Positions 38,841-49,224 are shown, numbered from the stretch's first letter. The stretch is DNA of 64,000 bases from Brevinematales bacterium (GCA_037479045.1 JBBFLL010000006.1:35832-99831), one strand, 5' to 3'. Made by a program: numbers and translations. The notes: generated from the sequence alone by a model not told the origin.

Positions 38841-39521
38841 TTATAAAGGTCTGATAATCCCAATGGGTGTCTGCTCTCGACTTTGCCCTAAAGGATTATC
38901 TCTAAGTATCATAAACATTTTATTTTTATCAATTTTTTTATCAGAAACACCAAGTATTTTCCCACCAAGATCATTCAAATCAACTATCAAAACATCAACT
39001 CCAATTTTTTGACTTATCTCTTTTGCAACACGATCAGGATATAGAGGTCCTAACACAACATATTCATTATAAGGAGGTATAGTATTTGGTGTTGGACCAT
39101 CTATTGATGAGGCTCTATAACCAGCAATCCTGTAAAAATCGCCTTTTCTTTTAAACAATATCTTTGTAATTGCACTCACAAAAGCAGCAAATAAAATTCT
39201 CAAAACTCCACATTCTCTCAAAGCCATCTCCATAGTCTCGGGGATTCCAAGACCAATCCCATGTTTTGTTTTAGTAACATATTTTGAAAGAAATCTGGCA
39301 AGTGGACGTGGTTTAATAGATTTGACAGGATATGCCCTATTCTGACATATTGCGACAGCCTTTTCAGTGATAAAAAGAATATCGCCCTTTTGTAATAAAG
39401 GAGTTGCATATTTTTCAACTATTTCAAGAATATTCTCTCCATTTTTTATAACGTGGGTCTTAACTGGAATTCTTAAGTATTTTCGCCCCTCATATTCAAT
39501 TTCTGGATTTTTTTCGCTCAT
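38841..39521 (-). CDS. CofE-fold (F420-0:gamma-glutamyl ligase-like) protein embedded in the V-ATPase operon
   Basis: 226 aa. IKNGENILEIV...LQKGDILFITEKAVAICQNR, ..IGVDVLIVDLNDLGG.. and the C-terminus ..TPIGIIRPL parallel conserved blocks of archaeal CofE as I recall them. It sits 14 nt from atpA and 18 nt from atpE. Confidence 0.5.
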   Translation of the reverse strand: MSEKNPEIEYEGRKYLRIPVKTHVIKNGENILEIVEKYATPLLQKGDILFITEKAVAICQNRAYPVKSIKPRPLARFLSKYVTKTKHGIGLGIPETMEMALRECGVLRILFAAFVSAITKILFKRKGDFYRIAGYRASSIDGPTPNTIPPYNEYVVLGPLYPDRVAKEISQKIGVDVLIVDLNDLGGKILGVSDKKIDKNKMFMILRDNPLGQSREQTPIGIIRPL

Positions 39522-39539
39522 ATTATTTTCCTTAAAAAA

Positions 39540-40115
39540 TTAATCTCCTATTTCACTTACAAGTATTTTTAATATCTCTGGTTTTAATTTTTGAAAAATT
39601 GAATCAAAAGAACCATCAATATAAGTATCTTCTGTCCTTACTATAATCCCTCCAAGAATGTTTGAATAATCAATCTTTCCAACTTCAAATTTTTTCTTTA
39701 TTTCATCGGCCATGTCCTTGTCTTGAAAAGAAACAATCACATCAAAGTCTTTGTTTTTCAAATCTTTTTTAAGGCCCTTAAAAACAGAAGATATAAAATT
39801 AAAATATTTATTTTTATCTTTTCTGATATCATTAACTATAGCCAGAATAAGTTCGTTAATAAACGAATTGTAAAGATTTGATTTCTTCTCCTGCAAATCC
39901 TTAAAGATTTCCATTTCCGTTTTACCTGTAATCTTTTTCTTTATAGAAGATAATTCATTCTGAAACTCAAGCCTTTTCTCTTTATAAATCTTTTCAAGTT
40001 CATCTATCTTACTGAGAATCATCCTGTTCGCTTCTGCTTTTGCATTCTCCACATTTTGAGTTGCATTCAAAAGTGTTTCATTTCTTATCTCATCAAGCAT
40101 TTCCCTTATTCCCAT
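39540..40115 (-). CDS. atpE: V/A-type ATPase subunit E
   Basis: 191 aa with a long N-terminal helix and a C-terminal globular end ..GGIIVRTEDTYIDGSFDSIF, typical of subunit E. Confidence 0.75.
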   Translation of the reverse strand: MGIREMLDEIRNETLLNATQNVENAKAEANRMILSKIDELEKIYKEKRLEFQNELSSIKKKITGKTEMEIFKDLQEKKSNLYNSFINELILAIVNDIRKDKNKYFNFISSVFKGLKKDLKNKDFDVIVSFQDKDMADEIKKKFEVGKIDYSNILGGIIVRTEDTYIDGSFDSIFQKLKPEILKILVSEIGD

Positions 40116-40124
40116 ATAACCACC

Positions 40125-40430
40125 TCAGATCTTTACACCTATAGCTTCTCTGATATAATCAGAAAGATTAATTTTGGCACTTTCACCACCCTTAATAGAA
40201 GGAACATCTATCACTAAAGGTAAATCCTTTGAAAATCTCAAGGCATCAACGCTCGATTTAGCAAAATCAGCCACCTCTTCTGTGATAATGATTAACCCAT
40301 ATCCCTTCTGTTTCTTTACTTTTTTAAGCTCTTCCTGAAACTCAGCCTCACTTTCAACAACTCTTGTTTCAACACCCTGAAGCTCAAAAAATAAAGCCGT
40401 TTCAGAATCACCAAAAAAAATTGTTTTCAT
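40125..40430 (-). CDS. atpF: V/A-type ATPase subunit F
   Basis: 101 aa. MKTIFFGDSETALFFELQGVE.. and ..GLIIITEEVA.. match the subunit F pattern. Confidence 0.75.
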   Translation of the reverse strand: MKTIFFGDSETALFFELQGVETRVVESEAEFQEELKKVKKQKGYGLIIITEEVADFAKSSVDALRFSKDLPLVIDVPSIKGGESAKINLSDYIREAIGVKI

Positions 40431-40434
40431 ATTT

Positions 40435-40917
<483 letters not shown>

Positions 40918-40919
40918 TT

Positions 40920-40948
40920 ATTATAATACTTTTAAAAAAAATATGCAA
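40920..40948 (-). promoter_or_regulatory. sigma70-like promoter of the V-ATPase operon (TTGCAT-N17-TATAAT)
   Basis: The hexamers read on the minus strand at 40943-40948 and 40920-40925, about 30 nt upstream of atpK. Confidence 0.5.
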
Positions 40949-40964
40949 AAAAAATAAATTAAAG

Positions 40965-42518
40965 CTATCTTTCAAGAAAATTTTTATATTCGAGAAGTTT
41001 TTTGTCCTGAGGGAAGTAATTTAATCCATTCTTGAGAAATGAATTAGCCTGCTTATAGTCTTTATTATTAATTAATTCACCAACCACAAATCTATAAAAA
41101 TTAATTAAATTTGAACTTGCTCTTGAATTTTTTTTATCTATGTTATAAGCCATTATAAAATTTTTTTCTGCCTTTTCAAACTCTTTGTTTTTTATATTAT
41201 CTTTACCCTTGAGAGCATAAGCATCAATAGTTATCGAATCTAATTCACTTGAAATCAAGTATTTTCTACTCCTGTTTCTTAATTCAATAACACCATCATA
41301 ATCTTTTTTATTCAAATACTCAATAGCTATGGTTTGATAATACGAATTTAAATAATCTTTTGCAAGACTGTCATCTTTGAGCAAATTATAAACCTTTAAA
41401 AAATCATCTTCTTTATCATACTTTTTTTCTATCAAAAAATACATCACATTGTAGATAAGTTTATTTAAATCTTCAGAATTTTTTAACTCATTAATAGCCT
41501 CGAGGAGAATATTATACATCTTTTCAAAGCTATTTTTCTCCCTTTCAATCAAATAGAAATAATAATTCTCTTTTATAAGTAAAGGAAATTTATATTTTTC
41601 TTCCTTACTCTTAATTAACTCAAAAGCCTTTTTATCCTCTCCTTTTCCTATTAAATGCTTCACATAATTCATTGCAACATTGTGATAAAGATTTAAAAAA
41701 CTACTTTCAGAAATTTTTATAGCCTCTTCACATACTTCGAGAGCTTTATCATAATCCTTCTTTTTATCAAGATAGAGAACATATTCAAAGTATATAGTAA
41801 TTGTATTGGTCTTTACAAGAGTAAGATAAGGATATATCATATAAGCCTTTAAAATATTTTGAAATGCACTCTCATAATTTTTTCTACTCAACTCAAGTGC
41901 CGCAATATTAGCATAAAGAGAAGCAAGTATGCCATTTTTATCAAATATTTCTACAAGATTACTTTCTCTAGTATAATCAAAACCTGTCATTCTCTTAAAT
42001 TCTCTTTGAGCACTTATATTTGTTCTTATATCAAAACCATAAGGTGAAGTATTCTCAATATCTATCTCTTTGCCATCGATTAATAAAAGTGTAAAAATGT
42101 GTGTAGGAAGTCCTATTGCCTTGAATTCATAACCGAAATCTTCAAGAAAAATAGAATAAAGAGCCGTAGCAGACATACAGTTAAAATATCCTCTATCTAT
42201 TAACTCATCAAGGTAGTAATAATTTACACCATATTGTTTCAAAAAATTTTTATGCATCTCATCAAAGATAATCTTTGCATTTTTTAATCTATCAGAAGTA
42301 AATCTATTTGAAACAGTAAATTCAAAATTATCAATTTTTTGGATATAGTTTGAAATATTTTTTACCTTTGAAGCAATGAGAAGAGAAGTTTTCAAAGGAT
42401 ACTTATCGGGTGATTTTATAATACTATATTCGATATCATTCGTTGATAGATTTAAAAACTTTGACTCAAATCCAGAAGCATAAGAAAAAAGAAGGAAAAA
42501 TAAAAAAATTTTTTTCAA
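40965..42518 (-). CDS. exported transglutaminase-like cysteine protease domain + TPR-like repeat protein
   Basis: Signal peptide. Cys-His-acid context GYFNCMSATALYSIF..GLPTHIFTLLLIDGKEIDIENT. The C-terminus is long and helical-repeat. Confidence 0.55.
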   Translation of the reverse strand: MKKIFLFFLLFSYASGFESKFLNLSTNDIEYSIIKSPDKYPLKTSLLIASKVKNISNYIQKIDNFEFTVSNRFTSDRLKNAKIIFDEMHKNFLKQYGVNYYYLDELIDRGYFNCMSATALYSIFLEDFGYEFKAIGLPTHIFTLLLIDGKEIDIENTSPYGFDIRTNISAQREFKRMTGFDYTRESNLVEIFDKNGILASLYANIAALELSRKNYESAFQNILKAYMIYPYLTLVKTNTITIYFEYVLYLDKKKDYDKALEVCEEAIKISESSFLNLYHNVAMNYVKHLIGKGEDKKAFELIKSKEEKYKFPLLIKENYYFYLIEREKNSFEKMYNILLEAINELKNSEDLNKLIYNVMYFLIEKKYDKEDDFLKVYNLLKDDSLAKDYLNSYYQTIAIEYLNKKDYDGVIELRNRSRKYLISSELDSITIDAYALKGKDNIKNKEFEKAEKNFIMAYNIDKKNSRASSNLINFYRFVVGELINNKDYKQANSFLKNGLNYFPQDKKLLEYKNFLER

Positions 42519-42523
42519 ATAAC

Positions 42524-43126
42524 CTACCCTGCTTTCTTAAGCAAATACTTTACTTCTTTCCTGTTCTTATAAAACATAACTAAAAAGTTAAAGATAACAA
42601 GAACAAGATAGTATATTTCAAAATCTCTTACCCACATATAAACAAAGGAAACCACAAGCCCGCTTAAAGTAATTAAAGAATCAATCTCTGAAGTCACATT
42701 TTTCTTTAAACCTCTCCATAAAAGCTCAAGAGAGGCAAGTACTAATGCATACACAAGCGAAATCTCAAACAAAGTAAGAGCACTCCAGACTCCAAAACTC
42801 ACAGCAACCCCTTTCCCCCCCTTAAAATTAAGAAAAGGAGAAAAAGCATGCCCGACTATAGGAGCTAAACCAACCAAAAATATTTCCCAACCATTTATAA
42901 CGCCATAATATTTCAGTAAAACAAGTGGAAAAAAACCTTTAAAAAAATCAAGTAATGCTCCCACTACTCCAAAACCAAACCCGAGAGATTTACCGAGATT
43001 AAAGGCTCCGGGATTTAAATCACTACCAGCTTCCCTTATATCTTTATGAAAGATCCACCCTATCCAGTAAGAAAACATAAGAGAGCCAACAATAAATTCA
43101 ACTACTGCTAATAAAAGTACTTTCAT
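42524..43126 (-). CDS. plsY: glycerol-3-phosphate acyltransferase PlsY
   Basis: 200-aa membrane protein with FKGGKGVA and an N-terminal G..NPGA.N motif. Confidence 0.8.
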   Translation of the reverse strand: MKVLLLAVVEFIVGSLMFSYWIGWIFHKDIREAGSDLNPGAFNLGKSLGFGFGVVGALLDFFKGFFPLVLLKYYGVINGWEIFLVGLAPIVGHAFSPFLNFKGGKGVAVSFGVWSALTLFEISLVYALVLASLELLWRGLKKNVTSEIDSLITLSGLVVSFVYMWVRDFEIYYLVLVIFNFLVMFYKNRKEVKYLLKKAG

Positions 43127-43181
43127 ACTCCCATCCAGACAGTAATGTATAATTAAATTATAATAAAATTAAGTCAACAAA

Positions 43182-43637
43182 TCAAAATTTTTCAAAAAAA
43201 TTATTTACTGCTTTTTCTGAAGTTGTGTAAGAAAATCCATTACTTAAAAGTTTCCTTAAAAGTTTATTTCTATCAAGAGATTTTTTATTAACTTTTGAAA
43301 ATTTTTGAATAAGCAAATTTGTTGCATTCTCTACTTCATCAACCTCAATATCAGATAAAACTCTCTCAATAATATCATCAGAGATGCCTTTTGCTCTCAA
43401 TTCCATTTTTATCTTTATTATACTCGACTTTTTCAAGACAAGCCTTTCATTGACCCATAGCCTTGCAAATTCTTCGTCGTTAAGGAGAGAATTTTTTTCA
43501 AGAAATGAAATAACTTCTTCAATAATTTCAATATTAAAACCTTTTCTTTTGAGCTTATCATAGACTTCTTTTTTTGAACGTGGTCTATATCTTATAAAAC
43601 TCACAGCAGATTTTATTGCGTCTTCTGTTAAGTTCAC
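43182..43637 (-). CDS. recX: RecX family regulatory protein
   Basis: 151 aa with three RecX-type helical repeats (..AVSFIRYRPRSKKEVYDKLKRKGF..EEVISFLEKNSLLNDEEFARLWV..). Its GTG start overlaps the fliI stop (GTGA). Confidence 0.75.
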   Translation of the reverse strand: MNLTEDAIKSAVSFIRYRPRSKKEVYDKLKRKGFNIEIIEEVISFLEKNSLLNDEEFARLWVNERLVLKKSSIIKIKMELRAKGISDDIIERVLSDIEVDEVENATNLLIQKFSKVNKKSLDRNKLLRKLLSNGFSYTTSEKAVNNFFEKF

Positions 43638-44983
43638 TTCCTCAACCTTCTATCATCAAATATAGAAGCAAGTAGTCCAACAGTTCTTTCAAAATCACTT
43701 TTTTCGTAAATTCCCTGCTTTAAAAAAGAATTAACAGCTTCTATTTTTGAAATTGCATAATCTATCTTTGGATTACTACCCTTAACATAAGCCCCAATAT
43801 TAATCAAATCTTCTGCCTCTTTATAATTTGCAAGAACCTCTCTCAGTTTACCAGCGTTATCAAAATGATTTTTATCCACTATTTCTACCATAAGTCTGCT
43901 TATACTCTGAAGAACATCTATAGCAGGATAATGATTTTTATGAGCGAGCTGTCTTGAAAGCACAAGGTGTCCATCGAGTATTCCTCTCACTGTATCAGAA
44001 ATTGGCTCACTCACATCATCTCCCTCTACAAGAACAGTATAAAATGCTGTGATAGTACCTTTATCACTTGTCCCAGTTCTCTCAAGAAGTTTGGGCAAAG
44101 TAGAAAAAACACTGGGTGGATAACCTTTTGTAGCTGGTGGTTCACCTATAGCAAGCCCTATCTCTCTCTGTGCCATTGCGAATCTTGTTACAGAATCCAT
44201 AAGAAACATTACATCAAGACCCTGATCCCTGAAATACTCAGCAATAGCTGTTGCAACATAAGCTCCCCTTATCCTCAAAAGCGGAGGCTCATTTGATGTT
44301 ACAACTACAACAACAGATCTTTTAAGTCCCTCTTCACCAAGATCCTTCTCAATAAAATCCCTTACTTCTCTACCTCTTTCTCCAATCAAAGCTATAACAT
44401 TAACATCTGCATTTGTATTTCTTGCTATCATTCCAAGAAGGGTTGATTTTCCAACTCCAGAACCAGAAAATATACCCATTCTCTGACCTTTTCCAACTGT
44501 CGTAGTAGCATCAATAGCTTTAATTCCGGTAGTTATAGGTTCTTTAATTCTTTTTCTGTTATAAGCATCGGGAGGTTTACGATCTACGGGATAAAAATCT
44601 TTACATAGTAATGGACCTTTGTCATCAATAGGAGAACCATCTCCTGTAACAATTCTACCAAGTAGTTCTTTGCCTACAGGTATTTCCATTTTTCTACCAA
44701 GATTTATTATCTTCTGACCGGGTGCTATACCACTCACATCACCAAGTGGCATTATAAGAGTTTTTTTATTTTTAAATCCTACAACTTCACCTTTTATATA
44801 ATTTGTCTCACTTCCATTCTTTGTTTCTATAAAACAAACATCTCCTACAGACGCAAAAGGACCTATTGATTCAATAGAAAGACCAACTATATCCGAAATC
44901 CTTCCTATAGTCTTTATCGGTACAGCTCTATCAAGGGATTTTTCATATTTTTCTAAAAAATTTTCACTTTCAAGATTAAGCAT
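43634..44983 (-). CDS. fliI: flagellum-specific ATPase FliI
   Basis: Walker A motif GSGVGKST. Its F1-beta-like fold and its position after fliH support the call. Confidence 0.92.
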   Translation of the reverse strand: MLNLESENFLEKYEKSLDRAVPIKTIGRISDIVGLSIESIGPFASVGDVCFIETKNGSETNYIKGEVVGFKNKKTLIMPLGDVSGIAPGQKIINLGRKMEIPVGKELLGRIVTGDGSPIDDKGPLLCKDFYPVDRKPPDAYNRKRIKEPITTGIKAIDATTTVGKGQRMGIFSGSGVGKSTLLGMIARNTNADVNVIALIGERGREVRDFIEKDLGEEGLKRSVVVVVTSNEPPLLRIRGAYVATAIAEYFRDQGLDVMFLMDSVTRFAMAQREIGLAIGEPPATKGYPPSVFSTLPKLLERTGTSDKGTITAFYTVLVEGDDVSEPISDTVRGILDGHLVLSRQLAHKNHYPAIDVLQSISRLMVEIVDKNHFDNAGKLREVLANYKEAEDLINIGAYVKGSNPKIDYAISKIEAVNSFLKQGIYEKSDFERTVGLLASIFDDRRLRK

Positions 44984-44994
44984 TATTCCCCTCT

Positions 44995-45999
44995 TTATTC
45001 ATTTTTAATTTCTTCAGTATTTACACTAACCTCTTCAGTTTTTTCAACCTCTGAACTTTCAATATCTTTACCTTTTACTTTAACTGGAATATAAAACTTG
45101 ATTTTATCCTCTATTTCTTCAAGCTGTGTTGAAATTCTTGCATCTATTTCACCTAAATCAGTCTCTATATATACTCCACCTCTATCGACAGTAGGATCCT
45201 CAAAAATCTTAATTTCTGGCATTCCTTCTATCAATTTGATAAACTCATCCTTAAATCTTGTGGTATATTCATAATCGAGTGGATTAACATGAATATATAC
45301 TTTCATTGCTCCCCTGATTATAGAAAGAGCCTCTTTAACATTTTCAATAACAACATTTTCTTCTTCATGTGTAAGTTTTTTAACTATCTTTTTAACCATA
45401 GTCAAAACAAGATTGAGAATCTGCCTTTCGCTGTGAACAAGTATTCTCTCTCTCTCCTGAAGGGTTAAGTGAATTATTGATTTAAGTCTATCTATCATAC
45501 TGAGTAGTTCTGCTCTGCCAGACTCAAATCCTTCATTCTTTCCAACTTCGTATCCTTCTCTATAAGCGTCTTCTTTTATCTTTTTTGCTTCTTCAAATGC
45601 ACTATTTAAAATTCTTTGTTTTTCCTGTTCAGCCTCTTCAATTATCTTTTTAACTTCTTCTTTAGTTTGAAGAACTATACCATCTTTTTCCTCAAGGGAT
45701 TTTTTTATTCTTTCAAATGCATTCTTTTCTGCTTGATTTACTATATTTTCAGCCTCTTTTTCAGCCTTTTGTATCAATTCATCTGCATCTGAACGAGCCA
45801 TTTCAAGTTTTTCATTTAATTCTTTCTCAAGTCTTTTAATCTCTTCGTTTAATTCTCGTATTCTCTGAGTTGCTTCATCTATCTGCTGTTCCTTTGTTTT
45901 CTTAAACACACGTGGAGCACTCAAAACAAAGTGAGAATTATCAATGTAATAATCCCCATCTTTCAATATTTTTGCGTGAGGGTTAAATTGATTTGGCAT
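44995..45999 (-). CDS. fliH: flagellar assembly protein FliH
   Basis: Long E/K-rich coiled region followed by the FliH C-terminal domain (..DPTVDRGGVYIETDLGEIDARISTQLEEI). Confidence 0.8.
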   Translation of the reverse strand: MPNQFNPHAKILKDGDYYIDNSHFVLSAPRVFKKTKEQQIDEATQRIRELNEEIKRLEKELNEKLEMARSDADELIQKAEKEAENIVNQAEKNAFERIKKSLEEKDGIVLQTKEEVKKIIEEAEQEKQRILNSAFEEAKKIKEDAYREGYEVGKNEGFESGRAELLSMIDRLKSIIHLTLQERERILVHSERQILNLVLTMVKKIVKKLTHEEENVVIENVKEALSIIRGAMKVYIHVNPLDYEYTTRFKDEFIKLIEGMPEIKIFEDPTVDRGGVYIETDLGEIDARISTQLEEIEDKIKFYIPVKVKGKDIESSEVEKTEEVSVNTEEIKNE

Positions 46000-46010
46000 A
46001 TAAACCCCTT

Positions 46011-47114
46011 TTATACAATTATTTCATCCTCAGCATTTCTTGATAGAACTATTTCACCCTGCTCCTCAAGTTTCCTTATAATGTTAACAATCTTCTGCTG
46101 AGCTTCTTCTACATCTTTAAGCCTTATTGGTCCCATATATTCCATATCTTCTTTGAGCATCTGAGCCGCTCTCTTAGACATATTTCGGAAAACTTTGTCC
46201 TGAACTTCAGGATCAACAGCTTTTAATGCTTTTGCAAGATCATTTGTATCAACATGCCTTAATACTTTCTGGATTGATCTATCATCAAGTGTAATAATAT
46301 CTTCAAATACGAACATCTTCTTCTTAATTTCTTCTGCAAGATCTGGATCATCTTCTTCAAGAGCTTCAATAATATTTCTTTCAGTTGATCTATCAGCATT
46401 GTTAAGTATTGCAACAACAGCATCAATACCACCAGCAGAAGTAAAATCTTCACTTGCAAGGGTAGAAAGTTTCCTTTCAAGAACTCTTTCAACTTCTCTC
46501 AAGATTTCTGGTGAAGTTCTATCCATTGTTGCTATTCTTTTTGCTACATCCGCCTGAATTTCATGAGGTAAAGCAGAAAGAATATGAGCCGCCTTTTGTG
46601 GATCAAGATAAGAAAGAATGAGGGCTATAGTCTGAGGATGCTCATTTTGAATAAAGTTTGTTAAATGTACCGGATCTGTCCTTCTAATAAAGTCAAATGG
46701 TTTTGTCTGAAGTGAAGAAGTAAGTCTATTTATTATATCTACTGCTTTTTGTGTTCCAAGAGCTCTTTCCAGAACTTCTCTTGCGTAGTCAACACCACCA
46801 TTGATAATGAAGTCCTGAGCCATCATAAGCTCTTGAAACTCCATAAGAACCTGATCTCGCTCTTCAGGATCAACTCTATCTATTCTTGCTATTTCAAAAG
46901 TTAATTCTTCAACCTCATCTTCCTTAAGATGTTTAAATATATCTGCAGAAACCTCTGGTCCTATAGAAACAAGAAAAATAGCCGCCTTTTCCCTACCAGT
47001 AAGAGTCTTTTTCTTTTCTCTCTTACCGGGAACATTTTGTTGCTTGCCTTTAGTAGGCTTTTCCGTTGTCTCTGCCACAGCTTTTTGAGTTGCAGCAGCC
47101 TGTGCTTGTGCCAT
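46011..47114 (-). CDS. fliG: flagellar motor switch protein FliG
   Basis: TGREKAAIFLVSIG.., ..EHPQTIALILSYL.., MFVFEDI. It has a ~35-aa Ala/Gln/Lys-rich N-terminal extension. Confidence 0.92.
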   Translation of the reverse strand: MAQAQAAATQKAVAETTEKPTKGKQQNVPGKREKKKTLTGREKAAIFLVSIGPEVSADIFKHLKEDEVEELTFEIARIDRVDPEERDQVLMEFQELMMAQDFIINGGVDYAREVLERALGTQKAVDIINRLTSSLQTKPFDFIRRTDPVHLTNFIQNEHPQTIALILSYLDPQKAAHILSALPHEIQADVAKRIATMDRTSPEILREVERVLERKLSTLASEDFTSAGGIDAVVAILNNADRSTERNIIEALEEDDPDLAEEIKKKMFVFEDIITLDDRSIQKVLRHVDTNDLAKALKAVDPEVQDKVFRNMSKRAAQMLKEDMEYMGPIRLKDVEEAQQKIVNIIRKLEEQGEIVLSRNAEDEIIV

Positions 47115-47147
47115 ATTTTCCCCTCCTACTTAATTTTAACTCAAAAT

Positions 47148-48851
47148 TTATTCTTCTGCAAGCCAAGTTCTAATTAATCTTGCAACATCATCAGGTCTTT
47201 CTCTTGCTATATTGACAGCATTTTCAAGAAGTTCAGCTCTTGCCTTTTCTTCAATTGAAAGTTCAACAGTTGCAGCCTCTTCTTCAGCAGCACGCAATGC
47301 AGCTTCTCTCATAGCCTGTTGCTGTCTTGCTATCTCTTCTTCTCTCAATCTTCTTCTCTTCTCGATTTCTCTTGCTATCCAGCGATAGAGAAGTGTTCCA
47401 ATAAAGAGGAAGAATAAAACAATTATAGAAGCCACAAGAGTTCTTCTCAACTGTATTCTTTTTCTTATCTTTTCGTCTTCTTTTTCAAATTCAAGCGTGT
47501 GATCAAAAGGAATTGTTCTTACAACAACCTCATCACCTCTCTTTGCATCATAATTTATTGCAGCTTTAACCCAGTCTTCATAGTTTCTTAATTCATCTTC
47601 TGTAACTGGTTTGTATATTCTTACTATTCTACCTCCATTTGTGATGATCGGATCTCCACTATCATTTCTCTGTATTTCCCAGACTCCATCTATAGCGACA
47701 GCCACAGAAACCTTTTTTATCTCATAAGGTGCTTTTACAGCTTCAACTTTTTCTTTACTATTCTGGTAGTTGACAATATTCTCATCTTTTGTATAATGAG
47801 TAAATCTATCAATCTTATCTTTCAATCCCGGTGGAACATTGTTTTCAACACCAGCTGGTCCTTCTGGAATATAAGCTGGCCCTTTAAAATCTTCTTTTGT
47901 CTTCTTCTCACTGATAGGAGCATTAACAATAACCTCACTTTCATCATAAGGTGTAAGAGGATTGTCTTCTTTTACAACTATTGGGATAATCTTGTCCTGT
48001 TCAACTTTCTTTTTTGTCCAGTCAAACTCTATGTCAGCCGTAATAAGAAGTCTCTTTGGATCTATTGATTGCTTTAAGGCTTCTTTTATCTTTGCAATAA
48101 GAGCAGCCGTTTCTTTTGCTTTTATCTTCAAATGTTCTTTTGCTACTTTTATATTTTCACCAGCCTCATCAGGAGTAAGTAAATCTGATAAAACATTACC
48201 TTTGTTATCTACAACAACAATATTTTCCTCTTTGAGATTTGGAATTCCCATCGCAACCAGTTTAACTATACCTTTGATTTTTGACTTGTTTTCAGAAATA
48301 TCACTATGTGGAGCTGGAACTATAACAACAGAAGCTGTTGTTTCACCCTGATATTCAGAGTATAGCCTCTCTTTTGGAAATGCAACTTCTATGTTAACAT
48401 CTTCTATATCTTCAAGGGTTTTAAGATGCTTTATCATCTCTCCAATGATTGCACGTTGAAGATTTACATTTCTTTCAAAATCAGTGGTTGTGAATTTTTG
48501 TGTGTCAAATAGTTCCCAGCCTTTTACTGTAGAAGGAATTATTCCTTCCTGCCCAAGTCTCATTCTTATAGTTCTACTCTGGTTTTCATCTTTAAGCAGG
48601 ATGTATTTATCATCCTTAGTATCAAATTTTACATTCCACTCATTAAGTTTTTTTGTTATCCTTGCATATTCTTCTGGAGTAAGCGGTGATTTATAAAGTA
48701 AAGAATACGTTGGTTTTGCTGAAAAATTTGCCATTACGATTAAAGCAACAACAAGCCCTGCAAGTATACCACCAAGAATCAATTTTTGAACTAAAGTCAA
48801 TTTTTGAAATGCTTCTTTTAATTTGTTGAATAACTCTTTAAAATCCGGCAT
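47148..48851 (-). CDS. fliF: flagellar MS-ring protein FliF
   Basis: N-terminal TM segment, YscJ/FliF domains, and a C-terminal TM segment plus FliG-binding tail. ATG 48851 lies after GGAGGGGAAGG and is preferred over TTG 48869. Confidence 0.9.
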   Translation of the reverse strand: MPDFKELFNKLKEAFQKLTLVQKLILGGILAGLVVALIVMANFSAKPTYSLLYKSPLTPEEYARITKKLNEWNVKFDTKDDKYILLKDENQSRTIRMRLGQEGIIPSTVKGWELFDTQKFTTTDFERNVNLQRAIIGEMIKHLKTLEDIEDVNIEVAFPKERLYSEYQGETTASVVIVPAPHSDISENKSKIKGIVKLVAMGIPNLKEENIVVVDNKGNVLSDLLTPDEAGENIKVAKEHLKIKAKETAALIAKIKEALKQSIDPKRLLITADIEFDWTKKKVEQDKIIPIVVKEDNPLTPYDESEVIVNAPISEKKTKEDFKGPAYIPEGPAGVENNVPPGLKDKIDRFTHYTKDENIVNYQNSKEKVEAVKAPYEIKKVSVAVAIDGVWEIQRNDSGDPIITNGGRIVRIYKPVTEDELRNYEDWVKAAINYDAKRGDEVVVRTIPFDHTLEFEKEDEKIRKRIQLRRTLVASIIVLFFLFIGTLLYRWIAREIEKRRRLREEEIARQQQAMREAALRAAEEEAATVELSIEEKARAELLENAVNIARERPDDVARLIRTWLAEE

Positions 48852-48891
48852 CCTTCCCCTCCCTGCCAAAGATTTTTAAATTTAATTATCT

Positions 48892-49224
48892 TTATCTCAT
48901 AGTAACTATATCATTATATGCTCTTATAGCCTTCTCTATAACAGTCTTAAGCATGCTTACCGAAAGTCTTGCTTTCTCACTTGCTATCATAACTTCATGT
49001 ATATTAACCTGATCTGGATAAAGCATCATCTTTTCTTCAAGCTCATCAGACTGATGTTGTAAAGAATTTGCCTCATTTACAGCATTAAAAAATACTCTCG
49101 CAAAAGATTTTTCTGGATCTTCTGTCTTCTTGGACAAATATCCTTCATCATTAAAATGAAGTTTACTTAACCTCTTTAATTCAATCTTATCTCCCAGAGC
49201 CATTTCTCTACTTATTATCTCCAT
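48892..49224 (-). CDS. fliE: flagellar hook-basal body protein FliE
   Basis: 110 aa with a FliE C-terminal pattern (..IHEVMIASEKARLSVSMLKTVIEKAIRAYNDIV). Confidence 0.85.
   Translation of the reverse strand: MEIISREMALGDKIELKRLSKLHFNDEGYLSKKTEDPEKSFARVFFNAVNEANSLQHQSDELEEKMMLYPDQVNIHEVMIASEKARLSVSMLKTVIEKAIRAYNDIVTMR

Noticed and set aside
46990-47114. The Ala/Gln/Lys-rich N-terminal extension of FliG and the acidic N-terminal extension of Rho (53640-53817), considered as possible foreign insertions.
   Set aside because: Both are in frame, contiguous with the conserved domains and preceded by reasonable translation signals. Lineage-specific low-complexity extensions of these proteins are known, so nothing further can be claimed from sequence alone.
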